In this document: positions 17,301 to 25,704 of the stretch, in pieces
Layout: the number at the start of each line of letters is the position of its first letter
How positions within the stretch are numbered: the stretch's first letter is position 1
Source of the DNA: Nitrospira sp.
GTDB taxonomy: Bacteria > Nitrospirota > Thermodesulfovibrionia > UBA6902
Assembly: GCA_016784355.1 (NCBI GenBank)
Contig: JADHUV010000001.1
Coordinates: 29,860-93,859, forward strand
Reading direction: 5' to 3'
Length of the DNA stretch: 64,000 nt
Program-made: the position numbers and the translations under genes
The notes under the pieces: model-generated
What the model saw: only the letters and a program-made list of their open reading frames with translations
Database searches by the model: none
What the model was told of the DNA's origin: nothing

Positions 17301-19149
17301 CTGACCAGTAGCCGCCCATATCCGTTATTCTGATCAGGTTGCGGTCATTATCGTAGAGGAAAAAAGCTGAACGGCCATGCGGGTCATTAACGCGATCTAT
17401 AAGGCCGTCATTATTTGAGTCAATCAGGGAAGTGATTTTACCGGTGGCATCTACTATGGAATTGATAACTGCATCACCGTTGTAAGTAAACCTCAATTTC
17501 TGGCCATATTTATCTGATATGCTTGTCAGAAATGGCTGCAGCGAGTCTGTGCCTTGCGGTACGGTATAGGCGTAAATCGTACCATCGGGCAGTGACAGAT
17601 GATAGTGTCGTTCAGCAATTTTATTTAGCGTGTTAATGATGCCAGAAGGTTTTTCATAGGTGCTTTGATCTATCGGGGTAAATACATCTCTTCTGCCGTC
17701 AGGCATGAATATGGTGACGCTTCCGCCTGTATCTTCTACAGCATAAGAGGCGTAACTAAACATCCATTTGTTGCCGAAGGGCTCGTTTCTGGCTATGCCA
17801 GATTGCGAATTATAATTAAGCTGTATATAAACCGGAGGGCCTATGGCCGGAGTATGCCAAAGGGGGATATCTGAAAGGTGCAGGTTCATGTTTATCATAT
17901 TGACGTCCCACTTCGGAGTTCCTTTAGAGCACTCAGTATCGCCGGTTGCTGATGCAAAGCCTGAGGGTTGTCCCAGGTTGCTTTCCGGCCTGGGTGAGCC
18001 GCAGCAGGCGCCGTAGATCTCTTTCATTTCTTCCTGCGTAAGTAAACGTCCGGGTAAATTATCTGACTTAGCGAACACGAGGGCATTACCGTCCCATTCT
18101 CTTTGAAATTCATCCCTGCTCTGGTGATATTGTCGGCCGCTCTGGGCATCATAGAGCTGTAGTTTATTGTTTTCTATATTCTCCAACACCCAGTAATGAC
18201 CTTTACTTTCAATGCCTTTACGATTGATCTGAATGATTGCCGGCAGTGTTATTAAATCCAGATCAGCAAGCTTCAGTTTGAGTCCCTCCATCTGATATCC
18301 GTATTGCAGGGCTATTTGTTGCAGCTCATCAATGCTGTGTCCACTTAAGGATGAAGGTTGTATATCAAGAACCTTACGGGCATCTTCAGGTCTTCCGATA
18401 TCTTGTAAGATACGGGCTAAGGCATCGGTACCACAGGTTAGCATTGAAAGTTCGTCCTGACTGTATCTGGACAGTCTCTGCAGCCAGTGAGCTGCATAAG
18501 TGCGGTGCCTCCAGTCCGGGCTTTCATTTTTAAGATTAGTGAAATGTTTCATCGAACTACTGAAGTCTCCCTGCAGCATCTTCAGCACTCCCAGTCGGCT
18601 CTGTGCCTTATTTAAAAGCATTTTTGAGCCGTAATGTGCGTTCCCCTTATTAAGCGTAATAATATCATTGAAAATTGCTTCCGCTTCTGAGTATCGGCCG
18701 TTATATCTCGCATCACATCCTATATGCAGCATTGCCTCAGAAACCCATGGACTCTCAGGGGTTGCTGTAATATGCTGCCGGAATAATTCTACCGCTATAT
18801 CGTAATTATGCATGTTCCATTGTTGAATAGCTGCTCCGAAGGACCGGTTGATCGCACCATTTTCAACGGCGCTGCCGAGTTTTGAGCGGCCTCCTGCAGG
18901 GCCGGCAGAGGCTGTGGGATAAAGCTGTCCGCCGAGTTGGCCGGCGGCCATTAATTCTATGTTCGAAGGAGTCCTTGAGAGGTCGAGAGGCCTGACTGAA
19001 CGACGGACATCAGGTATATGTCTTTCGGCATGTGAATATTGCATGCTGAAATGCTGGATGAAAAATACGCTGAAAATGAACGCGATAACGCGCAGTAGAT
19101 ATTCGCACGAACCCAATTGCAAAACTGTCCCCTTGTTTAAAGCTGTCAA
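14362..19149 (-). CDS. Rhs/YD-repeat polymorphic toxin with an N-terminal anchor, TPR region, peptidase-C39-like domain, Rhs shell and a 144-aa C-terminal toxin tip
   Basis: 1595 aa with dozens of YD repeats (YDxxGRL/YxYDxxxN types). The core end is YYGYRFYSPALGRWLNRDPLGEAGGMNLYRFVGNNPVNWIDPWGR. The N-terminal region has LTCGTDAL, GHYWVL and LYDAQSG, which resemble a C39 Cys/His/Asp set. Confidence 0.95.
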   Translation of the reverse strand: MTALNKGTVLQLGSCEYLLRVIAFIFSVFFIQHFSMQYSHAERHIPDVRRSVRPLDLSRTPSNIELMAAGQLGGQLYPTASAGPAGGRSKLGSAVENGAINRSFGAAIQQWNMHNYDIAVELFRQHITATPESPWVSEAMLHIGCDARYNGRYSEAEAIFNDIITLNKGNAHYGSKMLLNKAQSRLGVLKMLQGDFSSSMKHFTNLKNESPDWRHRTYAAHWLQRLSRYSQDELSMLTCGTDALARILQDIGRPEDARKVLDIQPSSLSGHSIDELQQIALQYGYQMEGLKLKLADLDLITLPAIIQINRKGIESKGHYWVLENIENNKLQLYDAQSGRQYHQSRDEFQREWDGNALVFAKSDNLPGRLLTQEEMKEIYGACCGSPRPESNLGQPSGFASATGDTECSKGTPKWDVNMINMNLHLSDIPLWHTPAIGPPVYIQLNYNSQSGIARNEPFGNKWMFSYASYAVEDTGGSVTIFMPDGRRDVFTPIDQSTYEKPSGIINTLNKIAERHYHLSLPDGTIYAYTVPQGTDSLQPFLTSISDKYGQKLRFTYNGDAVINSIVDATGKITSLIDSNNDGLIDRVNDPHGRSAFFLYDNDRNLIRITDMGGYWSELSYDDDIYITELRNSDASWLFNIEPSDAINNGADPYPPPGGTMWENYRITVTDPLNGKKEFYYNGDALQSWIINPREYIEYYGPENNNYTHAPKTLYTLSRSYQQGKVIFITSPEGSFLNISYDQESGYVSSVADNHNHISRFTYNSDGTVSAYTEPAGNKITFEYYPDTRNVSTIKYNMQSTPEDDAIVLSSFSYNAMTNAVTAITDRTGNTTELLYNEYGKVLSITEASGSSSEINTSVLYDPLTHWPITLKQNGLESASYIYDNTGRIITKNRDGTALQYSYDNLDRVRQIVYPDNRKISLSYSPCCPWLIESTTDLAGTETEFRYDKLQRLMEVRGPGGAMQYLYDRNNNLEEIRQPGRSVALFKYNLDNRLLSKTYNDGSSVSYAYDTAGIKKSSTNARAISKHYTYDPNHNLKGITYSDNTPNLIFTYDDYNRLTAESNAAGTYAYGYNASGQFSSADGPLDNDKISFNYDIHGRLKELLSETGNGVYFSYDYESAGKRPLGRIFSINSGEETYTYTYAEDTNQINSLSLPNATTTYYQYDDPLHRLTEIRTEDSSNNILNRHAYSYNNFDLISSQTTSAATPPVAYTDGFELSSYNNMNELLSTDDQAEYRYDADGNMTHGYTATGEIMHMTYDAENRLTSTAYTGADNILYKTEYIYGAGNTVTRLKKYENSTLVSDIHITRTGLLPLWERDAINNVTRSYTWGLDMAGGIGGLLNMNENGENYYYHYDGSGNVNTITNSSENIAASYSYDIFGKVNAKSGTLDQHFQFSTKRHDEETGLSYYGYRFYSPALGRWLNRDPLGEAGGMNLYRFVGNNPVNWIDPWGRLAAPWHFGITYAASRNSGRGVWDSTKLAWTAMAVDFSSGSQGENWEATRLHAMAGLLSDGTYQSSQQAIQTTTAYINDRAGGCGSGALSRAAHATQDLATPGHAGAEWHGFGLNWETVKHIYGDVFPSMSTINQAYQNTDGVFK

Positions 19150-19406
19150 TTATATTTTAGAAAAAAACTACTTCAACTTCGGCCATGTCCAATGTCCGGG
19201 TATATTAAAAACAGAATGAAGGAGGTTTGTCAAGGGGAGGTTTTCTTAATTGGTTCATTTAGTAACTTGTCATCTTCCGGCTTGAAGGGATATCCAGTGG
19301 TTTGATATGGATTTCCCGATTTTGAGTCGAGTCCGATAAATCGTGAAATTGCGTTGTGTTAATTTATAGCTTGCTGGATTGCCATACTCTTACACAAACA
19401 ACAGGC

Positions 19407-22400
19407 TTACATTCTATTACTTTTCAGCCTGTCAGCCAGTTCTATCAGGACCTTATCAATCTCAGTCCTTAGCTCATTGTACAGCTCTACGGCATGTTCC
19501 ATGTTATTGGCAAATGCATACTCAGTGTCAGCTGCTTTTTCGCGCAGCACATTGGCCCCTATATTTGCCGCAGCACTCTTAAGAGAGTGGGCCTGCCGGA
19601 TGGTTAGCTCGCTATCTCCATTGTCTAGAGATTGATGCATTATGTCCATTTGCTTTGGCGTATCTTCAATGAAAATTTCCCATAACTCTTTTAATAATTC
19701 TTCATCATGATCGATCCTTTGGAGCACCTCACTGGTGTTGATGGTTGGTGTGGCAGTATTCTCCGGCAGGGCCTCTCCTGAACGTTCGCATATAAGTCTG
19801 TTGATTTCTGCTGTAAGTTCTTCTTTTTTGAAGGGCTTTGTTACACAGCTGCTCATGCCGGCTGCCCTGCACTTTTCAACGTCTTCTTTAAATGCATGGG
19901 CGGTCAGGGCGATAATGGGTATTTCAGAATCAATCTCAGGATCTTCAGAGGCCCGGATGGCCATGGTGGTTTGAATACCATCGAGTTCAGGCATCTGTAT
20001 ATCCATAAGTATGATATCAAATTTATTATTCTTAAGGGCCTCAAGGGCCAGTCTTCCGTTGCCTACGATTGTCAGGAGATAGCCGAATTTTTCCAGTATA
20101 CGTTTTGCCACCTTTTGATTTACAGCGTTATCCTCAGCGATCAGCACAGATATCTGCCTGTTAGGCATGATACCTGAAATTGGCTGTTTTGCAGATATCA
20201 GTTTTTCATCCGCAGCTTCTTCCTGCTTTGTGCCTGCTCCGAAATGTGCTGTGAAATGAAATGTAGTACCCTTACCCTCGATACTTTCTACCCATATAGT
20301 TCCTCCCATCTGGGTAACGAGGCTTCTGCTGATGGTCAGGCCTAGTCCGGTCCCGCCATACTGACGGGTAGTTGAGCCGTCAGCCTGGGTAAAGCTCTTG
20401 AATATATTATCGAGGTTTGAGCTGTTTATCCCTATACCGGTATCAGAGACTGTGAAATGAAGGAAGGTATCATTTCCATCGGCATTATTTTCTGCCTGAT
20501 CAACTCTGACTTTTATGCTTCCCTCTGATGTGAATTTAAGGGCATTGCCTATAAGGTTAGTGATTATCTGTTTCAGACGAAGTTCGTCGCCCATTATCCA
20601 ATCAGGAATATCATAATCGATATCGGCTGTGAGAGAGATGTCTTTAGTTTTGGCCTGCACGCTCAATGTCTTGATCGTTGTATTGACTGTATTGCGAAGG
20701 CTGAATAATTTAGTTTCAAGCTCCAGCTTACCAGCCTCAATCTTTGAGAGGTCAAGGATATCATTCAGGAGTTTCAGAAGTGAATCAGAGGCGCCTTTAA
20801 TCGTTTCAAGGTAATCTCTCTGTTCTTCATCCAGCTCAGTATCAAGCGTCAGATCTGTCATGCCTATGATTGCATTCATCGGCGTGCGAATCTCATGACT
20901 CATATTTGCCAGAAACTCACTTTTGGCCTGATTGGCAGTTTCAGCCTCTGACTTTGCTATATACATCTGCTCACTGGCCAGATTGATTTCTGCGAGCCTG
21001 TCTTCATCAAGGTCTCGAAGCTCAGCTATTTCAAGGAGTTTCTGCTCCAGTTCAAGTCTTTGTATCTCAAGCTGTTCCTCTGCTGTTTTACGATAAGAGA
21101 TATCTTTTGCAATATGGACAGTCCCGGTAATTTCACCCTTACTGTTTTTCATAGGTGATGCGCTCATCTCTATGTACATCTTTAAAGAGGATTCATATAT
21201 GTCTACTGAGTACGGAATATCGCTGTTTATTGCCATAGAATGAGGACAGGGACTATTTTTGCTTTCAGAATTATGAAATAGGGTATAACATTTCTTTCCG
21301 ATCATATCTTCAGGCTTCATGCCGAACTTGTCAGCTAAGGTTTTGTTTACCCCGACAATATTATGCTGAAGGTCATGTATTGATACCATGTCCTGTAGTG
21401 AGTTAAATGTGATTTCCCATTCGTTTGATATATTTCTGATATGATTATCGGCCATTCGGCGAGCGGTGATATCTGTGTCGGCACCTAGCATTCTAAGAGG
21501 TTTGCCTGAATCGTCACGTGTGGTTATCTGCCCTCTGCTCAGTGTCCAACGATAGGATTTCTGTCTTGTAAGAAGTCGGTATTCAAACTCAAAAGTTTCG
21601 CTCTTGTTATCGAAATGTAATTGCAGAGCATTTTCGTGTTCTGACTTGTCATCCGGGTGTATGAGCTGCTCCCAGAAGTCGTGGGTTCCACTTATTTCTT
21701 CTTCTTTATACCCCAGTGACTCATACCAGCGTTTGCTGAAAAAAACCTCATCCGTTAATAGATTCCAGTCCCAGAGTCCATCTTTTGTTGCTTCCATTGC
21801 GAAGCTGAGCTGTTCCTCTTTTTTAAACATGGCCGCTTCATTTTCCTTGTGTTTTACTATGTGAAGCATCATGGGACGGAAGATGAACCCGTAGAGGACA
21901 GGGGAGACAAAAACTATAAGCAGCATGGCACCGATAACAGCCTGCATAACCCAGTGAACGGCTGGTAGATAGCTCATTATAATCATTATTGCGAATTCGG
22001 CTATGAAAAGCGATATAGATATTATTGTAATAAGATATACAGGAGAGAGGTGTAACACTTCAGATGTATTATAGAGATTACTCTTTCGGGCTGCCTGTAT
22101 TAATATGCCGGAAGAAATAATTAACAAAGTCAGTAGTACCCCAAACGAAATGAATGAGATCCTTGTAATAACTTCGCTGATCTTGCCGGCTGCAACCGAG
22201 ATATCTTTAGATACCCCGACTGCACCGGAGAAGGTTCCATTGACAGTAACGGGCAAGTATAAATTCATCAGTTCAATATTAATTGATAAGCCGTCATATG
22301 TAGTGGTAGCTTTATTGAATATGGTGCTGTAGGTATTACCTTTCTGCTGTGCAGGTTCAAAAAATGTCAGGCTTTTTATCTGGCCGATTTCCGCAGGCAT

Positions 22401-22703
22401 GGTTGAGTATATAATCTCCCCTGATATTGAATAGAGCTGTATCTTTAGGAAATTGAAGTCACTCTTAGCATTTTTCATCTTTTCATTGATATCTTCCGGT
22501 AGTGTTTTTTTAGTGAGCTCAGTCTCCTTTAAACCCATGGTATGCAGCATATGGCGTGCAGCTTGAGCAGATGTTTCCTGTATATTATTCACTGCAAGCT
22601 CGCTAAAAATCGGGATTACAAAATAAGTATTTACACTGAAAAAAATTATCGCCGTCATAAGAAAGGCATAAAAGGTGTATTTGATTGAGCTATTAACTCT
22701 CAT
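19407..22703 (-). CDS. Hybrid sensor histidine kinase (TM sensor region, PAS domains, HisKA, HATPase, receiver, HPt)
   Basis: 1098 aa. Motifs: H-box MSHEIRTPMNAIIGM, N-box ITNLIGNALKFT, G-boxes DTGIGI and GGTGLGLTIS, receiver ILMDIQMPELDG ... KPF, and C-terminal HPt HSLKSAAANIG. Confidence 0.9.
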   Translation of the reverse strand: MRVNSSIKYTFYAFLMTAIIFFSVNTYFVIPIFSELAVNNIQETSAQAARHMLHTMGLKETELTKKTLPEDINEKMKNAKSDFNFLKIQLYSISGEIIYSTMPAEIGQIKSLTFFEPAQQKGNTYSTIFNKATTTYDGLSINIELMNLYLPVTVNGTFSGAVGVSKDISVAAGKISEVITRISFISFGVLLTLLIISSGILIQAARKSNLYNTSEVLHLSPVYLITIISISLFIAEFAIMIIMSYLPAVHWVMQAVIGAMLLIVFVSPVLYGFIFRPMMLHIVKHKENEAAMFKKEEQLSFAMEATKDGLWDWNLLTDEVFFSKRWYESLGYKEEEISGTHDFWEQLIHPDDKSEHENALQLHFDNKSETFEFEYRLLTRQKSYRWTLSRGQITTRDDSGKPLRMLGADTDITARRMADNHIRNISNEWEITFNSLQDMVSIHDLQHNIVGVNKTLADKFGMKPEDMIGKKCYTLFHNSESKNSPCPHSMAINSDIPYSVDIYESSLKMYIEMSASPMKNSKGEITGTVHIAKDISYRKTAEEQLEIQRLELEQKLLEIAELRDLDEDRLAEINLASEQMYIAKSEAETANQAKSEFLANMSHEIRTPMNAIIGMTDLTLDTELDEEQRDYLETIKGASDSLLKLLNDILDLSKIEAGKLELETKLFSLRNTVNTTIKTLSVQAKTKDISLTADIDYDIPDWIMGDELRLKQIITNLIGNALKFTSEGSIKVRVDQAENNADGNDTFLHFTVSDTGIGINSSNLDNIFKSFTQADGSTTRQYGGTGLGLTISRSLVTQMGGTIWVESIEGKGTTFHFTAHFGAGTKQEEAADEKLISAKQPISGIMPNRQISVLIAEDNAVNQKVAKRILEKFGYLLTIVGNGRLALEALKNNKFDIILMDIQMPELDGIQTTMAIRASEDPEIDSEIPIIALTAHAFKEDVEKCRAAGMSSCVTKPFKKEELTAEINRLICERSGEALPENTATPTINTSEVLQRIDHDEELLKELWEIFIEDTPKQMDIMHQSLDNGDSELTIRQAHSLKSAAANIGANVLREKAADTEYAFANNMEHAVELYNELRTEIDKVLIELADRLKSNRM

Positions 22704-22729
22704 TATTCATCCTCTGATTTCTATGATAT

Positions 22730-23812
22730 TTATTTTGAACATTGGCTTATAACTTCCTCTGCTATTTTCTTAAGCGGCAGCACGATGTCAACACCGCCAA
22801 GTCTTATTGCCTCTTTAGGCATACCAAATATAACTGATGTAGATTCATCCTGGGATATATTGAAGGAACCTGCCTGTTTCATCTCTAACATTCCTCTTGC
22901 TCCGTCATCTCCCATGCCTGTCATGATGATGCCAATGGCGTTTTTACCGGAATATTTGGCTGCAGATCGGAAAAGCACATCTATTGACGGGCGATGGCGG
23001 CTTACAAGTGGGCCGTCTTTTAGCTCGACATAATAACGGGATCCAGTACGTTTCAGGATCATATGTTGATTGCCAGGTGCAATCAGTACATGGCCTCTGA
23101 TTACGCTGTCATTGTTTTTAGCTTCTTTAATAGAGACCTTGCAAAACGAATCCAGTCTTTTCGCAAAGGATGCGGTGAAGCGTTCCGGCATGTGTTGTAC
23201 TATAACGATCCCCGGCGAATTTACAGGAAGGGCTTTAAGCAATATTTGCAGTGCTTCAGTACCCCCTGTTGATGCACCTATGACTACAATTTTATCGGTT
23301 GTCTGGATTATTGCTTTTGCCTCAGGTTTGGAGATAACTGCATCGGCGTTCAGTTTAGGGGTGGTGGTGAATTCAGGCGTCTTCTTCGCTCTGGAGATTG
23401 CTGCGGACTTTATAGTATCGCATATCAGAACTTTGGACTCATCAAAAAACTTTTCAATCCCAAGTTCCGGTCTTTCAATAATATCTACTGCGCCGTACTC
23501 TACAACCCTTTGTGCAGTATCAGAACGCCTCTCTGAAAGGCTGGAACACAGTATGACAGGTATGGAGTGTTTTAATATGATTTGCTTTAAAATGGGTAAA
23601 CCCTCCATTTCCTGCATCGCAACCTCCAGGGTTATTACGTCTGGGATCGCAAGCTTTATCTTTCTAACCGCCATAAGCGGGTCTGCTGCTGTAATCACCG
23701 TTAACTCGGGATCTGATGAAATAATGTGCTCCAGCGTCTGTCGTACCCTTAATGAGGTATCAACTATGAGCACTGTTATTGTTTTATCTTTTCTACGTTT
23801 ATCTAAGTTCAA
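22730..23812 (-). CDS. cheB: CheB-type protein-glutamate methylesterase with an atypical (non-phosphorylatable) receiver domain
   Basis: 360 aa. The esterase triad contexts are intact: IGASTGGTEAL, VIVQHMPERFT and TGMGDDG. The receiver has VDTS (not DD), TLEVAMQEMEG (Glu at the Asp56 position) and IERP (Arg for the conserved Lys). Confidence 0.85.
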   Translation of the reverse strand: MNLDKRRKDKTITVLIVDTSLRVRQTLEHIISSDPELTVITAADPLMAVRKIKLAIPDVITLEVAMQEMEGLPILKQIILKHSIPVILCSSLSERRSDTAQRVVEYGAVDIIERPELGIEKFFDESKVLICDTIKSAAISRAKKTPEFTTTPKLNADAVISKPEAKAIIQTTDKIVVIGASTGGTEALQILLKALPVNSPGIVIVQHMPERFTASFAKRLDSFCKVSIKEAKNNDSVIRGHVLIAPGNQHMILKRTGSRYYVELKDGPLVSRHRPSIDVLFRSAAKYSGKNAIGIIMTGMGDDGARGMLEMKQAGSFNISQDESTSVIFGMPKEAIRLGGVDIVLPLKKIAEEVISQCSK

Positions 23813-23944
23813 AGTGAACTTTCTACTCGTTTCATATCGTTTTATATAAATTTTTGGTTTAGTTATATCCTTATGTATGTCTTATCGATATATAGGGGAA
23901 TATACTTTAATAAGGGAATGCTTTTGAAATGAATCGCAGGCAAT

Positions 23945-23976
23945 AAAAAACCTCCCCTCAAATAAATGAGGAGAGG
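23945..23976 (-). terminator. Rho-independent terminator downstream of tRNA-Asn
   Basis: The minus-strand RNA is CCUCUCCUCA-UUUAUU-UGAGGGGAGG, a 10-bp stem with one G-U pair, followed by UUUUUU. Confidence 0.65.
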
Positions 23977-23987
23977 TATTATATGCA

Positions 23988-24063
23988 TGGCTCCCGGGGA
24001 GGGATTCGAACCCCCGACAGGGTGGTTAACAGCCACCTGCTCTGCCAGCTGAGCTACCCAGGA
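23988..24063 (-). tRNA. tRNA-Asn (anticodon GTT), CCA encoded
   Basis: I folded the reverse complement by hand: acceptor TCCTGGG/CCCGGGA, D-arm GCTC-AGCTGGC-AGAGC, anticodon stem GGTGG/CCACC with loop CTGTTAA, T-arm GGGGG-TTCGAAT-CCCTC, discriminator G, then CCA. The total is 76 nt. Confidence 0.9.
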
Positions 24064-24201
24064 TCGATCTATATATTATATGAAAATATAATTAAATGGA
24101 ATACCCCCTGGCAATGTTTGTAGTAATGGACTGATTTATCAATGTTTATAATGCTTTGCACTGTGTTTAATAATGCTTATATGCCCTTTTTTATAGGGAT
24201 A

Positions 24202-25704
24202 TTATAGAGATTCTTCGGTAATACTATGCGTGCTGCTGTTGAGTATTAGCGATTTAAGGCATCTTCCCAGGATAAGGACATCGCTTCGAAATGACCTGGT
24301 AACCGTATAATAGTTCTCGGCGGCTATCCGTTCATCCAGGCTTATATGTCCGCTGTTATCCGCTTCCCATATATGAAAAAGGCCGGAAGGAGTCTGAAAT
24401 CTTGAGGAGGTCCATTCCTTACTGAGACTCTGAAGTTGTACCTCGGACAAAAGTGAGTTGCCGACCATATTAATATCGCCTCTTATGACATGTACAAGCC
24501 CCGGGATTTTTCGCAGGAGTCTGTTGCGGCTGTTGAAAAAATGCAGCATAATTTTTTGAGGCTGAAGGCAGCCGGAGAGGTCTGTGATCTCATAAGCACC
24601 GAAGCGAGGCTCGGTACGGAAGAATTTTTTTGATGGAAATGCAGCATGATAAAGGAAAAGGACCGCAATAAGTGGTGACAGGAGTGCCAGCATCAGTGAA
24701 GCGAGCAGGATGTTGACCAGACGTTCAAATCTCGGGATAAGATTTTTTGTCTCGATATCCCCTATGATGTAATTATCCTTAACATAGGTGTTTACGCGTC
24801 GCGGGACATTGAAAATATAGTTTTTTCTGACAATGGAATCCGTGACCTCTGTGTGAGATCCAATATATGTATCGTCCCATATAATGCTGTTTTTTATCTG
24901 TGCATCCTCATCTACAATTACATTATTGCCTATCACTGAGATATTGCCCAGTGCTGAACGATTCAGGATTTGACAATTGTTGCCAATAACGACTGGAGGC
25001 GATAGATTAACAGATGGATGTATTCTGGTTTTATTCCCTATCCATATGCCCTTATCTGTCTGGTGTCCTGGAAATATTATATTTTGAAACTCTCCATTAA
25101 GCACCCTCGTATTGGCCGTATGATAATCTGCGGGGGAGGCTACGGTTTGTAAGGCATGAGGAGAATAATAGGAGTTTACTTTCAATCGCAGTCCGTCAGG
25201 GCGCGTGATAAGATCGTTCAGAGCCTGATGAGACAGTATATGAGGCAGGGCGGATTCATCATTACTGAGATCATCCTGAATTCTTGTAATAGATTTATTG
25301 TCAGTTGAATTTTGTGCTACTGTGATATCGGCCTCTTCATTGTAGTGGGATCGGATTAGAGCGGATATATCAAGATCAGTAATAATATTGCAGGGTATGC
25401 ATAGCACGGGGCAGTCAAGTCTGGAATATATGTGCTTAAGTGCGGGAATAATGCCGATGTACTCACGTTCCAGGACATATTGAATAGTAACACCCCATCT
25501 GGTGCCTGAGCCGAAATAATTTTCTGTCTCAAAGGGCATATGGTGTTTGACCATTATTATATCTTTGATATTATGACGTACGAGTAATTCTACAAGATGC
25601 TCAGCGATTGGTTTGGTAATGACGGGCAGCAGGTAATCGGAGGTCCAGTCTGTAAGGGGTGAGAGATCTGCAGGTCTGGCAGCAGGCAGTATTACGGCTT
25701 TCAA
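24202..25704 (-). CDS. Fusion protein: nucleotidyltransferase-like domain + left-handed beta-helix + bacterial sugar-transferase-like C-terminal domain (both catalytic signatures degenerate)
   Basis: 500 aa. The N-terminus MKAVILPAARPADLSPLT stands in place of the (L)AGGxGTRLxPLT signature. Hexapeptide repeats occur mid-protein. The C-terminus has a TM helix plus LRKIPGLVHVIRGDINMVGNS, where canonical enzymes have LRxxSxDELPQLxNVLxGDMSLVGPRP. The TTG start overlaps the upstream stop. Confidence 0.7.
   Translation of the reverse strand: MKAVILPAARPADLSPLTDWTSDYLLPVITKPIAEHLVELLVRHNIKDIIMVKHHMPFETENYFGSGTRWGVTIQYVLEREYIGIIPALKHIYSRLDCPVLCIPCNIITDLDISALIRSHYNEEADITVAQNSTDNKSITRIQDDLSNDESALPHILSHQALNDLITRPDGLRLKVNSYYSPHALQTVASPADYHTANTRVLNGEFQNIIFPGHQTDKGIWIGNKTRIHPSVNLSPPVVIGNNCQILNRSALGNISVIGNNVIVDEDAQIKNSIIWDDTYIGSHTEVTDSIVRKNYIFNVPRRVNTYVKDNYIIGDIETKNLIPRFERLVNILLASLMLALLSPLIAVLFLYHAAFPSKKFFRTEPRFGAYEITDLSGCLQPQKIMLHFFNSRNRLLRKIPGLVHVIRGDINMVGNSLLSEVQLQSLSKEWTSSRFQTPSGLFHIWEADNSGHISLDERIAAENYYTVTRSFRSDVLILGRCLKSLILNSSTHSITEESL

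Noticed and set aside
19368-19384. A sigma-54-like element on the minus strand (TGGCAATCCAGCAAGCT) upstream of the rhs gene.
   Set aside because: The GG-to-GC spacing is off by one relative to the TGGCAC-N5-TTGCW consensus, the -12 element is poor, and it sits over 200 nt from the start codon. I also scanned the other intergenic regions for -24/-12 promoters and found none convincing.
23070-23849. A long 259-aa ORF antisense to cheB. Similar antisense ORFs occur elsewhere (1361..1690, 27351..27854, 32005..32451, 39452..39844, 42522..42926, 46457..46810).
   Set aside because: They lie entirely inside well-supported genes on the opposite strand, have low-complexity Ser/Leu/Ile-rich translations, and have no recognisable motifs or ribosome-binding sites. 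These are typical shadow ORFs.
23813-24201. The tRNA-Asn neighbourhood as a genomic-island attachment site for the EPS operon.
   Set aside because: There is no integrase, no direct repeat of the tRNA 3' end, and no mobility gene on either side within the window. The tRNA simply sits between two operons with its own terminator.
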